Source of the DNA: an uncultured Chryseobacterium sp.
Lineage (GTDB): Bacteria > Bacteroidota > Bacteroidia > Palsa-965
Length of the DNA: 60,654 nucleotides
Reading direction: 5' to 3'
Assembly: GCA_964447465.1 (NCBI GenBank)
Contig: CAYUTR010000001.1
Span: forward strand, 1-60,654
Shown here: in pieces, positions 10,762-19,273 of the stretch
Position numbering within the stretch: the stretch's first letter is position 1
How the letters are laid out: each line of letters begins with the position of its first letter
Made by a program: the position numbers and the translations under genes
Notes under the pieces: generated by a model
Databases searched by the model: none
What the model was told of the DNA's origin: nothing
Seen by the model: only the letters and a program-made list of their open reading frames with translations

Positions 10762-10800
10762 CCCGTCGGGATGTCCTCCTTGACGGGCTTTTTTATTTTT
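10762..10800 (+). terminator. rho-independent terminator
   Basis: CCCGTC-(14 nt)-GACGGG hairpin followed by CTTTTTTATTTTTTTTT. Confidence 0.65.
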
Positions 10801-10835
10801 TTTAATTGAACCTTGTGCGTTGTGCGTTTTGTCAC

Positions 10836-10898
10836 TTCGAGCGCAGTCGAGAAGTCAGCAAAACGTTGGCAACTGTTGAGTTCTCGACTGCGCTCGAA
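10836..10898. repeat. perfect 18-bp inverted repeat (REP-like palindromic element)
   Basis: TTCGAGCGCAGTCGAGAA (10836-10853) and TTCTCGACTGCGCTCGAA (10881-10898), with a 27-nt spacer, 14 nt beyond the gpmI stop. Related CACTTCGA-containing motifs occur at ~9398 and ~55610. Confidence 0.8.
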
Positions 10899-10911
10899 CT
10901 GACAGTTGCGT

Positions 10912-12417
10912 TTACACCAGTGAAACTCCCGTCATCTCCACCGGCGTTTCAATCTCCATCAACCTCAACAACGTCGGCGCTATATCCGCCAATCGTCCAT
11001 TCTGAATTTTCGTGTAGCGATCATCCACCAAAATACACGGAACAGGATTCGTGGTATGCGCCGTATTCGGTGTTCCATCCGGATTCACCATGTAATCTGC
11101 ATTCCCGTGATCGGCGATGATGATGAATGAGTAGTTGTGTTTCTTTCCAGCTTCCACAACACGTTTGAGACAAGCATCAACAGTCTCGAGCGCTTTCACG
11201 ACTGCGGAGAAAACTCCGGTATGACCAACCATATCGGGATTCGCAAAATTGAGACAAACAAAATCTGCAGTTCCGTTTTCAAGTTCAGGAACAATTTTGT
11301 CCGTGACTTCAACGGCACTCATCTCCGGTTGCAGATCGTACGTTGCAACTTTCGGCGAAGGAACCATCAATCGTTTTTCTCCAACGAATTCTTTTTCTCT
11401 TCCGCCGGAGAAGAAAAAAGTAACGTGCGGATATTTTTCCGTCTCGGCAATGCGAATCTGTTTTTTGCCGCCGGCTTCAATCACTTCTCCAATCGTGTTA
11501 CGAAGATCTTCCTTCGAATACACCACGTTTACATTTTTATACGAATGATCGTAAATCGTCATCGTGGTGTAATGAAGCGGAATGGTTTTCATTCCCTGCT
11601 CCGGCATATCTTTCTGCGTGAGTACGGTTGTAATTTCACGACAACGATCTGTTCTGAAGTTGAAACAGAAAACCGCATCGCCTTCTTTGACCAATCCTTC
11701 TTTGTTCAGAATGACCGGAAGAATAAATTCATCAGTTACATTCTTCGCGTATGAATCACGGATTGCATCTTCAGCTGATAGTGCTGTTGTGCCGATTCCA
11801 TTTACCATCGCATCATAGGCAATCTTCACCCGTTCCCAGCGCTTATCACGATCCATTGCATAATAGCGACCGGTAACTGTTGCGATGCTGCCGGTTGATT
11901 TTTTCAGGTGCGCATCAAGTTGAGAAATAAATCCAAGTCCGCTTTTCGGATCTGTATCGCGTCCATCTGTAAATGCATGCACGAAAACTTTCGTTAGACC
12001 ATGAGCTTTACAGATATCGAGAATGTGATGCAGATGTTCTTGCGAAGAATGCACACCTCCATCTGAAACCAATCCGGGCAGGTGAAGAGATTTGTTATTC
12101 TTCTTCGCGTATTCAATCATCGCGAGAATAGCAGGCTCTTTGTCGATCGTATTTTCTCTGCACGCGATGTTAATCTTCGCGAGATCCTGATACACCACGC
12201 GACCGGCACCAATGTTCAGATGGCCAACTTCCGAATTTCCCATCTGTCCATCAGGCAAGCCAACATCTTCACCCGAAGTTTTCAATGTACTCCATGGTCG
12301 CGTCCCAATGAGTTCATTGTAAAACGGAGTCTGTGCATGTTTGATCGCATCCGAATGTGATCCATCTCCGATTCCCCATCCGTCGAGAATGATCAAAGCC
12401 GCTTTTCTGTTACTCAT
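10912..12417 (-). CDS. gpmI: 2,3-bisphosphoglycerate-independent phosphoglycerate mutase
   Basis: LIILDGWG, NSEVGHLNIGAGR, SDGGVHS, FTDGRDT, NFANPDMVGHTG and ADHGNA are iPGM signature segments across the full 501 aa. Confidence 0.95.
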   Translation of the reverse strand: MSNRKAALIILDGWGIGDGSHSDAIKHAQTPFYNELIGTRPWSTLKTSGEDVGLPDGQMGNSEVGHLNIGAGRVVYQDLAKINIACRENTIDKEPAILAMIEYAKKNNKSLHLPGLVSDGGVHSSQEHLHHILDICKAHGLTKVFVHAFTDGRDTDPKSGLGFISQLDAHLKKSTGSIATVTGRYYAMDRDKRWERVKIAYDAMVNGIGTTALSAEDAIRDSYAKNVTDEFILPVILNKEGLVKEGDAVFCFNFRTDRCREITTVLTQKDMPEQGMKTIPLHYTTMTIYDHSYKNVNVVYSKEDLRNTIGEVIEAGGKKQIRIAETEKYPHVTFFFSGGREKEFVGEKRLMVPSPKVATYDLQPEMSAVEVTDKIVPELENGTADFVCLNFANPDMVGHTGVFSAVVKALETVDACLKRVVEAGKKHNYSFIIIADHGNADYMVNPDGTPNTAHTTNPVPCILVDDRYTKIQNGRLADIAPTLLRLMEIETPVEMTGVSLV

Positions 12418-13372
12418 TGGTGTTCGGAATATCTACTGTAAAAATACTGCCCTGTGGCTTATTATCAGTGATGCCAATTTTCCATCCATGCATTTCCGCA
12501 AGATAATTCGCAATGTATAATCCGAGGCCGGTTCCTTTTGTGCTACGCGTCTCTTCACTGCCTGTTCGATAGAAGCGTTCGAACACAGTTTGCTTAAATG
12601 AATCCGGAATCCCTTTGCCTTCATCCGCAATGGAGAGAACAACATTTGTTTCCTTGTTCACCAATGAAACTGTTATTTCACTTCCGACTTTCGAGTACTT
12701 GGCTGCATTCTCCAGAAGATTGGCGATGATAGAGTGCATCGCCACATCATCAAATTCTATTTCAACTTCCTGTTGCACCTGCAGATTGAATTTGTGTTGC
12801 TGTCCAACACCGTGTGCAATTTTATCGGTGAGCTGCTCCACGAAAGCGGAGAGATCGCGTTTGCTTTTCTGTAAAGTAAATTCCGCCGTGTCAATGCGCG
12901 CTGCTAATAGGATGTTTCCAATGAGCGCATTTAACCGCTCCGTATCTTCAAGCACATTGGAAAGAATCTGCATCTGTTTTTCTTTCGGAAGATCGCGCTT
13001 GATCAGGGTTTCAGCCTGGAGACCGATAGAGGCAAGTGGCGAACGTAACTCATGGGTGACCGATAACAGGAAATTTTTCTGTCGCTCGGCCAACATGGCT
13101 TCTCTGCGGAATGCCACCCGTGTACGTTGAATTGCCCAAACCAGTAAGATCATAAATACGGCACCTTCACCAATGATCATCAGTGTGCGCTTATTCAGAT
13201 CGCTTTCAATCTTTTCCGGGGCAACCAGTGATACAGTATTCTGTCTCTGCAATTCTGCAACGTGATTGTTTGTCCGGATCAGTAGGTAGGCCCACCACGA
13301 AAACTGAAGAAGTACATACACCACGAGCACGTAAAAGAGCAACAGTGGACGCGGTGTTTGGGGTTTGTTCAT
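12410..13372 (-). CDS. sensor histidine kinase (two TM helices, HisKA + HATPase_c)
   Basis: ORF 12410..13420 trimmed to ATG 13372 (MNKPQTPRP) because the terminator at 13393-13413 lies upstream of it. H-box SVTHELRSPLASI, N-box IANLLENAAKYS, G-boxes IADEGKGIP and GTGLGLYI. Overlaps the gpmI start by 8 nt. No response regulator is adjacent. Confidence 0.85.
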   Translation of the reverse strand: MNKPQTPRPLLLFYVLVVYVLLQFSWWAYLLIRTNNHVAELQRQNTVSLVAPEKIESDLNKRTLMIIGEGAVFMILLVWAIQRTRVAFRREAMLAERQKNFLLSVTHELRSPLASIGLQAETLIKRDLPKEKQMQILSNVLEDTERLNALIGNILLAARIDTAEFTLQKSKRDLSAFVEQLTDKIAHGVGQQHKFNLQVQQEVEIEFDDVAMHSIIANLLENAAKYSKVGSEITVSLVNKETNVVLSIADEGKGIPDSFKQTVFERFYRTGSEETRSTKGTGLGLYIANYLAEMHGWKIGITDNKPQGSIFTVDIPNTNE

Positions 13373-13392
13373 CGGGGCAAAGGTAGGAAATG

Positions 13393-13413
13393 AAAAAGTC
13401 CGCCGAAGCGGAC
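13393..13413 (-). terminator. rho-independent terminator of the 13474..13917 gene
   Basis: GTCCGC-CGAA-GCGGAC hairpin, followed on the minus strand by TTTTT. Confidence 0.7.
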
Positions 13414-13473
13414 TAATCAAAGGGGAATACTGTAGTGAACAAACCCATGAAAACTACACCCGTTCCCCAATCT

Positions 13474-13917
13474 CTATTTCGTGACTTTTGTATTTACTTC
13501 TTCGTTCAAACCGTGGCGGATAATATCGCCGTCAGTCTGCAAAGCTGTTATATCGTTCTCCAGTTCTGTAATCTGCAGTTCATTACGAGTCTGGTTAGTA
13601 GTGTCGGCCTGTATTAGCTGCAGACGGTGGCTCTCCAGTTTCTCGTGATAAGTTGCAAGAATTTCATTCTGCTTGCTAATCAGTTCCAACCCGTTGCTGT
13701 TGCTCGTTACGCCCATTTCCTGACCGTATGCGGTAACATTCGCCTGCTGGATCTTCTTCAGTTCTGTCAGTAATTGGTCGAAGCGTGCAATGTCTTCGCG
13801 GATCTGAACCGCGCTTCCCGTTGCTTTGCTGTCAGCTTTACTCTCCTGGCACGCACTATAACTGATTCCAAAAAATGCCATCATTATCGCGGCAACCGGA
13901 AGTAGTATGTTTTTCAT
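13474..13917 (-). CDS. lipoprotein, coiled-coil, unknown function
   Basis: ORF 13474..14181 trimmed to ATG 13917, where a lipoprotein signal begins (MKNILLPVAAIMMAFFGISYSAC). The upstream 88 codons look like non-coding read-through. Confidence 0.6.
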   Translation of the reverse strand: MKNILLPVAAIMMAFFGISYSACQESKADSKATGSAVQIREDIARFDQLLTELKKIQQANVTAYGQEMGVTSNSNGLELISKQNEILATYHEKLESHRLQLIQADTTNQTRNELQITELENDITALQTDGDIIRHGLNEEVNTKVTK

Positions 13918-14363
13918 TTGCTCGTGTGAAATTGACGTTACAAAAATAACTACAGATTGATGTAGCGACACAGTTATTAGACGACGCGTGAGCAGGAATG
14001 GACGGAGGGCAGGAAGTATGCGATGAGTGTTTTGTCTGGTTTTACATTTCGGCCGGACAAAATCCGGACAATAGGAATTCCATGCCATTCCCCGACTTTT
14101 TCGGGTTATCGGATTTCTGTGACCGGTTATTCCTCGAATGGCGCAACACGTTTTTTGTGCAAACATCCTATGAATCAGCACAGCGAAAATGTCGTGTAAT
14201 TACTCTACGAAATGAGTTGCAATTTTCACCACATTATTCGGGGGGAGTTGCATAATTCGCTTCCAATCCGTCAACGATCGGGCGTAATTTTGATTGTATC
14301 GTTTTGTCCGATGATTGCGAAGTTGATCTGCGTAGAACTGACAACGATATTGATTATAGAAAA

Positions 14364-15029
14364 ATGACCCGATTCTACCTACTTATTTTCAGCCTTATAA
14401 TATGGGCTCATACAAACGCTCAGGAACCGGGATATTATTTCGGTCCCCGTCTTGCCATGGGCCAATGCCAATTCACTGGTCTTAGCGGCTTCTACAACGG
14501 ATTTGGTATGCAGGTAGGACTTTCGTCGAGTCGCCAGTTTACTGAAGAATTTGCTTTGCAATTCACACCCTATATAGGCATGTACAATGGCGCACGTCAA
14601 AATGGCGAAGGTGACGGAGTTCATGCGAATGGTACGCGGAAAATTCTTCTGTATCGTGACAACTACAATATCTACAGCGTAGAGTTTCCCTTGATGGTCA
14701 AATTCAGCGGTGGTTTCGGCAGGGCGAACTTTTCCATTTTCGGTGGACCTTCGCTTGGTTACATCATGGGTGGTACGCGCTCAAAACAGTACCAGGATGA
14801 ATCGTACAATGCGATCAATGGTTATTCAGGCCATGGCATGGACGACCTGAAGCGTGGCATGTACGGTGGTGACATTGGTGTTGCAGCAGAACTTGCAGCA
14901 ACGCGCGGACTTGTGGCAATTGATTGCAGGATACATCGCAATTTCAGTCCGCTTGGAACCCTCGAAGGCCAGTACTTCTCTGCACATATGGTGACGGTAG
15001 GGCTTGCTTTTATGTTTAATGCAAGGTGA
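14364..15029 (+). CDS. outer-membrane beta-barrel (porin-family) protein
   Basis: ATG 14364 gives the signal MTRFYLLIFSLIIWAHTNAQ. Alternating aromatic/glycine beta-strand pattern. The C-terminal VTVGLAFMF is a typical terminal strand. Confidence 0.6.
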   Translation: MTRFYLLIFSLIIWAHTNAQEPGYYFGPRLAMGQCQFTGLSGFYNGFGMQVGLSSSRQFTEEFALQFTPYIGMYNGARQNGEGDGVHANGTRKILLYRDNYNIYSVEFPLMVKFSGGFGRANFSIFGGPSLGYIMGGTRSKQYQDESYNAINGYSGHGMDDLKRGMYGGDIGVAAELAATRGLVAIDCRIHRNFSPLGTLEGQYFSAHMVTVGLAFMFNAR

Positions 15030-15143
15030 CGATGGAATCGATGTCGCCAATGTTAGCAATGTTGCCGAAGTCATTAAATAAGTAAAGATCACAGCCTCAG
15101 TACGGTGCGAATTCGGCGCAATTTCAACAAAAAACAGGCTTTT

Positions 15144-15174
15144 TTTGCAGATTCAAACCTACCTGCTATATTTG
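15144..15174 (+). promoter_or_regulatory. Bacteroidota-type promoter of the (now split) host tRNA-Val gene
   Basis: TTTG (15144-15147), a 19-nt spacer, then a perfect -7 box TATATTTG (15167-15174), 13 nt upstream of the tRNA 5' end. Confidence 0.6.
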
Positions 15175-15187
15175 CACCCCAATTCAA

Positions 15188-15227
15188 GGGAGCTTAGCTC
15201 AGCTGGTTTAGAGCATCTGCCTTACAA
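15188..15227 (+). pseudogene. 5' half of host tRNA-Val(UAC), truncated in the anticodon loop (attL)
   Basis: GGGAGCT-TA-GCTC-AGCTGGTTTA-GAGC-A-TCTGC-CTTACAA, then non-tRNA sequence (ACAGAGTGAGTG). The acceptor strand GGGAGCT is complementary to AGCTCCC at 55553-55559. Confidence 0.85.
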
Positions 15228-15292
15228 ACAGAGTGAGTGAACCATCAAGCCCTTGACAATCAAGGGATCGTTCTTTAGAAAATAATGATGTG

Positions 15293-15308
15293 CATACTTT
15301 GTACATAC
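15293..15308 (+). repeat. arm-type repeat near attL (CATACTTTGTACATAC)
   Basis: Identical 16-mer in the same orientation at 55389..55404. It lies 66 nt inside attL and 115 nt inside attR, so it is a candidate integrase arm-binding site. Confidence 0.6.
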
Positions 15309-15332
15309 TTATCTGCATATTTGCATTCAAAT

Positions 15333-15407
15333 GGGGGCTTAGCTCAGCTGGTTCAGAGCATTTGCCTTACAAGCAAAGGGTCATAGGTTCGAATCCTATA
15401 GCCCCCA
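15333..15407 (+). tRNA. tRNA-Val (anticodon TAC), complete, element-borne
   Basis: GGGGGCT-TA-GCTC-AGCTGGTTCA-GAGC-A-TTTGC-CTTACAA-GCAAA-GGGTC-ATAGG-TTCGAAT-CCTAT-AGCCCCC-A. The cloverleaf folds perfectly by hand. 75 nt, CCA not encoded. Confidence 0.9.
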
Positions 15408-15412
15408 CAAAA

Positions 15413-15438
15413 AGCCGGTCAATTTGATCGGCTTTTTT
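15413..15438 (+). terminator. terminator after the element tRNA-Val
   Basis: AGCCGGTCA-ATT-TGATCGGCT hairpin (one mismatch) followed by TTTTTT. Confidence 0.6.
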
Positions 15439-15619
15439 CTTGCCCTTCCTTCACTTCAAATATACGGCTAAAATGCCATATTGAGCCTGTAAATGGCCTT
15501 AGATCAGCCCATTTGCTTTACCCCCTGCCGTGACCTTATATTAGCCCTCCCAGTCGTCCCCTAGCGACACTTTGAGCTACCAGACTGGGCATACTAGAAC
15601 CCTAATAGAAAATCGTGAT

Positions 15620-15970
15620 ATGGTACATGGAGAGTGGCTCCAGCTTCAGGAATTCCTGTTTGGCTGGAAACAAGGACGAGCGAGAATAACCCTCACCTGT
15701 GGGGAGGCATTTGATTGTGAATTTAAACTGACCTCTGGAATACAACGTTCGGAACAAATTCTCCGCATCGTAGTTATGACCTCGGAAATAAGGATCATTG
15801 AGAATTCCCCACACGTCTGGCGTGCGAAGGAAGGAAGGTTTCCAGTTACTCACCAGGAATTGCCGATCAGTTCGATTTGGGTAATCGAACCGAATGATCC
15901 GCATGGTGAATTGAGATGGGAGCGGAAACGGTTGTTGTTTCCACTTCAGAAGTTCCAACAACTAAATTAG
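15620..15970 (+). CDS. hypothetical protein (strand ambiguous)
   Basis: ORFs 15572..15970(+) and 15602..15961(-) are codon-for-codon antisense to each other. The plus frame uses GGA/GAA/TCG/CCG codons like the confident genes here, while the minus frame is rich in the locally rare TCC and GGT. ATG at 15620; the track's start at 15572 is TTG. Confidence 0.3.
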   Translation: MVHGEWLQLQEFLFGWKQGRARITLTCGEAFDCEFKLTSGIQRSEQILRIVVMTSEIRIIENSPHVWRAKEGRFPVTHQELPISSIWVIEPNDPHGELRWERKRLLFPLQKFQQLN

Positions 15971-16079
15971 TTCCGTTCAAGAAAAAAAGGAATCGGTAAC
16001 GTGACAATGATTGCTTTCGCTGATTAATCGTCATATTTTAGATATTCTAATTCAACTTAAACAACGAAAAAAGAACTAC

Positions 16080-16406
16080 ATGGACGTAAAAGCCTTCATC
16101 AAAAAAATGGATGACTTCCAAAAGCAAGGGATTGCTAACTACAAATTTGCTAATACGGAAGATATTGTATTAATAATTTCAGGTCTAAGGGGATTACGTC
16201 AATATGATACAGCAATTGAATTATATAAGAAGTACGAAAATCTCTTACGCGATTCCGATATTTATCCAGTTGCACTGATAAACATTCTTGAAGTTTGTAA
16301 TGAACAGAAGAACATCCCGTTACTCATTGAATATGCGCGAGAATTAAAAGCAATATATCCCGACTTTCCCCTAGTACTTGAAATTGCAAAGTATCACTCC
16401 CTTTAA
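16080..16406 (+). CDS. small helical (TPR-like) hypothetical protein
   Basis: ATG 16080 (MDVKAFIKKMDD). Helical-repeat composition. Followed closely by the next plus-strand ORF. Confidence 0.45.
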   Translation: MDVKAFIKKMDDFQKQGIANYKFANTEDIVLIISGLRGLRQYDTAIELYKKYENLLRDSDIYPVALINILEVCNEQKNIPLLIEYARELKAIYPDFPLVLEIAKYHSL

Positions 16407-16425
16407 TTTATTAAAAACAAACCCA

Positions 16426-16938
16426 ATGGAACATTTAACACTAGCGACACCAGCACCGATTACGTTAGAGAGAATCTCATACTTAATCAACACGAAAGGA
16501 ATTAATCCCATTATTGCGAACGTTGATTTGGAGATGGTCAAAATGAAACTCCGGGATACTGACGAAGGGTTTGGCTGGACGGTTGAGCAAAGTGACGAAG
16601 CTGAGATTGAATACAAGCGATATTTACACCTGACAAAGAAATTACCCGGTGCTTCGCTTGTACCTCATTCAATCATGGATGATATGTGGCATCAGCACAT
16701 TCTTGACACCAGGGCATACCACAAGGATTCGGTTTTGATTTTCGGTGAATACCTCCATCACTATCCGTACTTCGGACTACGCAGCGAAGAAGATCAGCAA
16801 AATTTGATTTCCTCATTTGAAGAAACACAAAAACTGTACGAGGCTGAGTTCGGTGAGAAAATGGTTAAAGACGAATCAAGCCATTGCAAACGAGCTTGTC
16901 CCAGTTATTGCAAACGTGCCTGTAACACGAAACAGTAA
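16426..16938 (+). CDS. DUF1399/GRDP-like protein with Cys-rich tail (tentative)
   Basis: ATG 16426 (MEHLTLATP). MDDMWHQHILDTRAYHKD...HHYPYFG resembles the glycine-rich-domain-protein (DUF1399) core. The C-terminus has a duplicated CKRAC motif (HCKRACPSYCKRACNTKQ). Confidence 0.4.
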   Translation: MEHLTLATPAPITLERISYLINTKGINPIIANVDLEMVKMKLRDTDEGFGWTVEQSDEAEIEYKRYLHLTKKLPGASLVPHSIMDDMWHQHILDTRAYHKDSVLIFGEYLHHYPYFGLRSEEDQQNLISSFEETQKLYEAEFGEKMVKDESSHCKRACPSYCKRACNTKQ

Positions 16939-17514
16939 CTAAAATTGCATTCCCCATGATAGTCCCTTGCTTTTCAAAAATACCTCTACTTCGTCGGCAC
17001 TACCCTTGCCGCAATTCCGAAGTTTCAAAAAGTCTTGTCGAGTAAATGTGACAAGGTGGCCAATCATAAGAACACGCTCATGAGCGCAAATATTTTTTAC
17101 TCTAACGGACAAACTTGTTTCCTGAATTGAAAGAGGAAGCAGCTTACGTATTCTTACTGGTATCCGCTGTTTACGTTCGGCTTTCCGCTCAACAGCCACT
17201 ACTTTTTTTGTAACACTCGCCAACTCATTTCTAGCAGCACTCAATTCTTGAAGAAGATTATTGTGTGAATCTAGTTTTACCCGAATTTCATCCGCTCCAA
17301 TGGTAAATTGTCTGATTGCTCTGTCAAATATTTGCCCAAGACGGTGCGCAGTTAATTGATAGACGCTGTTTAGCTCAGTGAATTTTTTATTATTAACCAA
17401 AACCTCAGTTAGAATTTCATACTCCATCTTGGTCATTAAGTTCCTGCCAAGAAATACTATGTGTGGAAGTATCCTTTCAATGCCCTGCTCCCTCACCGTC
17501 TTTTTGCTGCTCAT
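16939..17514 (-). CDS. DNA-binding protein with RpoA alpha-CTD-like C-terminal domain
   Basis: C-terminal SLSVRVKNICAHERVLMIGHLVTFTRQDFLKLRNCGKGSADEVEVFLKSKGLS matches the helix-hairpin-helix pattern of the RNA polymerase alpha C-terminal domain (LSVRxxNCL...DL...L..IxNFGKKSxxEI). N-terminal HTH-like YEILTEVLVNNKKFTELNSVYQLTAHRLGQIFDRA. Confidence 0.5.
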   Translation of the reverse strand: MSSKKTVREQGIERILPHIVFLGRNLMTKMEYEILTEVLVNNKKFTELNSVYQLTAHRLGQIFDRAIRQFTIGADEIRVKLDSHNNLLQELSAARNELASVTKKVVAVERKAERKQRIPVRIRKLLPLSIQETSLSVRVKNICAHERVLMIGHLVTFTRQDFLKLRNCGKGSADEVEVFLKSKGLSWGMQF

Positions 17515-18221
17515 TACTGAATTGTTTTTCGTACCACCACTCCACCGGAAGCATCTTTCCCAATCATAATGTAGGTTGCAGGAGGCAATTCAATTCTCTC
17601 TGTCATCAACCACCCGTTGTAAGAACCTGCCCAAACTAATCTTCCTGTAAGATCGAATATTTCAACCGTCAAAAGGTTCGAGAACAATTCCGAATTTTCA
17701 GGAATGTCAAGAGGGTCTTGTATAAGTGTATCAACACAACTTTCACATCCAAAAGTATCAATCACGCAGAATTGATACGTCCCAGCGCCAACTCCAGAAA
17801 TATTGTATAGCCCGAAACCAATTGGAGGCATCCAATACGGGTAATATCCCGGAGTTCCTCCGTTAACGCTACCCCCTGCGCTACCATCATTACATCCAAC
17901 GCAGGATGGACTTGTTGCACTTGAAATCCAAACATTCAGAATCGGTGAACCATTTATAGTAACACTGTCAATCGTAACACAGCCTAAACTATCTGTCACT
18001 GTTACCGTGTAAGAACCGGGACAAAGATTTGAAATCTGTTGTGTTGTTTGCCCTCCTGGTTGCCAGAGATAAGTAAATGGTGCTTGTCCTGTTGGGTATG
18101 CAGTGGCAGTACCGATGCAAATCAAACCACAGTCCGCAGTACTATCGATGTACAGAGTGCATGTCTGTGATTTAAGCAGCACACTTGAATACATTACGAC
18201 GATCAGAAGAATTAAACGCAT
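17514..18221 (-). CDS. secreted SprB-repeat-like protein with T9SS C-terminal domain
   Basis: Signal MRLILLIVVMYSSVLLKSQ. C..G.ATAYPTGQAPFTYLWQPGGQTT..ISNLCPGSYTVTVTDSLGC is an SprB-type repeat. C-terminal beta-sandwich tail. Confidence 0.55.
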   Translation of the reverse strand: MRLILLIVVMYSSVLLKSQTCTLYIDSTADCGLICIGTATAYPTGQAPFTYLWQPGGQTTQQISNLCPGSYTVTVTDSLGCVTIDSVTINGSPILNVWISSATSPSCVGCNDGSAGGSVNGGTPGYYPYWMPPIGFGLYNISGVGAGTYQFCVIDTFGCESCVDTLIQDPLDIPENSELFSNLLTVEIFDLTGRLVWAGSYNGWLMTERIELPPATYIMIGKDASGGVVVRKTIQ

Positions 18222-18317
18222 CTGTTAAATAAGTTAGTCAATAAAAAATCTCTACTATCCATGCGCTACAGCGAATTTTCCAGTTGAACACGTCATTTCA
18301 AAGTGAAAGCATACATC

Positions 18318-19271
18318 TTAAAAGTCTACTTCAGTAACATAAGTCCCATTAACCTTCATCGTGTAAATTTTACTTTCGATGTGCAGTGAATTTGTTTCAT
18401 AATTCAGCATCCGGGTTTCGTAACAGTTAGCAATCAGTTCGAGGCCATCCGGCGACACATCCAGAGAAAAGAAATCTCGTGTATCGCAACTTGAAATAAT
18501 TTTTTTGGAAGAACCAGTGGATAAGTCATGGCTAAAAATTCCCCACCCATTGCACCAGTAAACAAATCTCGAATCCGGGGAAATTACAATATCCCGAATA
18601 TGTTCATTAGTCGGATCGCCTTCACCATGCCCGGGAATAGTTGAGGTACTACCTGATGAGAAAATATACATTTCCAGATCCGCTGTAAACGGAGAACTAA
18701 TGAGAAATTGATTATTGCGTGACCACGCAGTATGTTGCCAACCGTATCCGGAAATCGTATCTAAATGTTGCCCTTGCGGATTACAAATAATAGTTCGGTA
18801 CGTTGACCCAATCACTTGTCGGAATCCGTACTTGTCGCCATTTCCATTCCAAAAAGGGTCATAGCTTGATTGATCAAACGTGAGCTGAGTCAAGCTATCT
18901 CCATTCGATTTCACTTTCCAGATGTCATTCCCACTAAGATTGAAAGCTAACCAGCCAGACGTACTTGCACTAATCTCACTCCAAGATACTCCAGAGCAAA
19001 CAACCGATTCGACGCCCGACACCAAGTTTCGTTTGTGAATTTCGCTGAGGCCGCTGGATCTTATTGCGAACAAATAGAATATCTCATCTTGCACAAGTGG
19101 ATTATATGTAGGCGTACTCCTTACGGTATCTGGTTGCAAATAATTTAGAGCTGGTCCATTTGGATTATATTCAATTTCTTCACAGGGGTAGCTTCCAGGA
19201 ATAGGCGGGTCCTTCTTGCAATTTGCAAGTAGAACCACGCCTATAATCCCTATGTACCAGTATTTCAACAT
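18318..19271 (-). CDS. lipoprotein, TolB-like beta-propeller
   Basis: Lipobox VVLLANC. Repeated ISPDSRFVYW / VSPDGLELIA WD40-like propeller blades. Confidence 0.5.
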   Translation of the reverse strand: MLKYWYIGIIGVVLLANCKKDPPIPGSYPCEEIEYNPNGPALNYLQPDTVRSTPTYNPLVQDEIFYLFAIRSSGLSEIHKRNLVSGVESVVCSGVSWSEISASTSGWLAFNLSGNDIWKVKSNGDSLTQLTFDQSSYDPFWNGNGDKYGFRQVIGSTYRTIICNPQGQHLDTISGYGWQHTAWSRNNQFLISSPFTADLEMYIFSSGSTSTIPGHGEGDPTNEHIRDIVISPDSRFVYWCNGWGIFSHDLSTGSSKKIISSCDTRDFFSLDVSPDGLELIANCYETRMLNYETNSLHIESKIYTMKVNGTYVTEVDF

Positions 19272-19273
19272 CC

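Noticed and set aside
11137-11754. 205-aa and other plus-strand ORFs (11249..11548, 11582..11818, 12082..12360) inside gpmI
   Set aside because: They are antisense shadows of a confidently identified gene. Composition is low-complexity and F/R/S-rich, with no motifs.
13918-14181. 88-codon N-terminal extension of the lipoprotein ORF
   Set aside because: Cys/Arg-rich and non-protein-like. A lipoprotein signal starts at ATG 13917.
15602-15961. 119-aa minus-strand ORF exactly antisense to 15572..15970
   Set aside because: Its codon usage (TCC- and GGT-rich) fits the local pattern worse than the plus frame does. The call remains uncertain.
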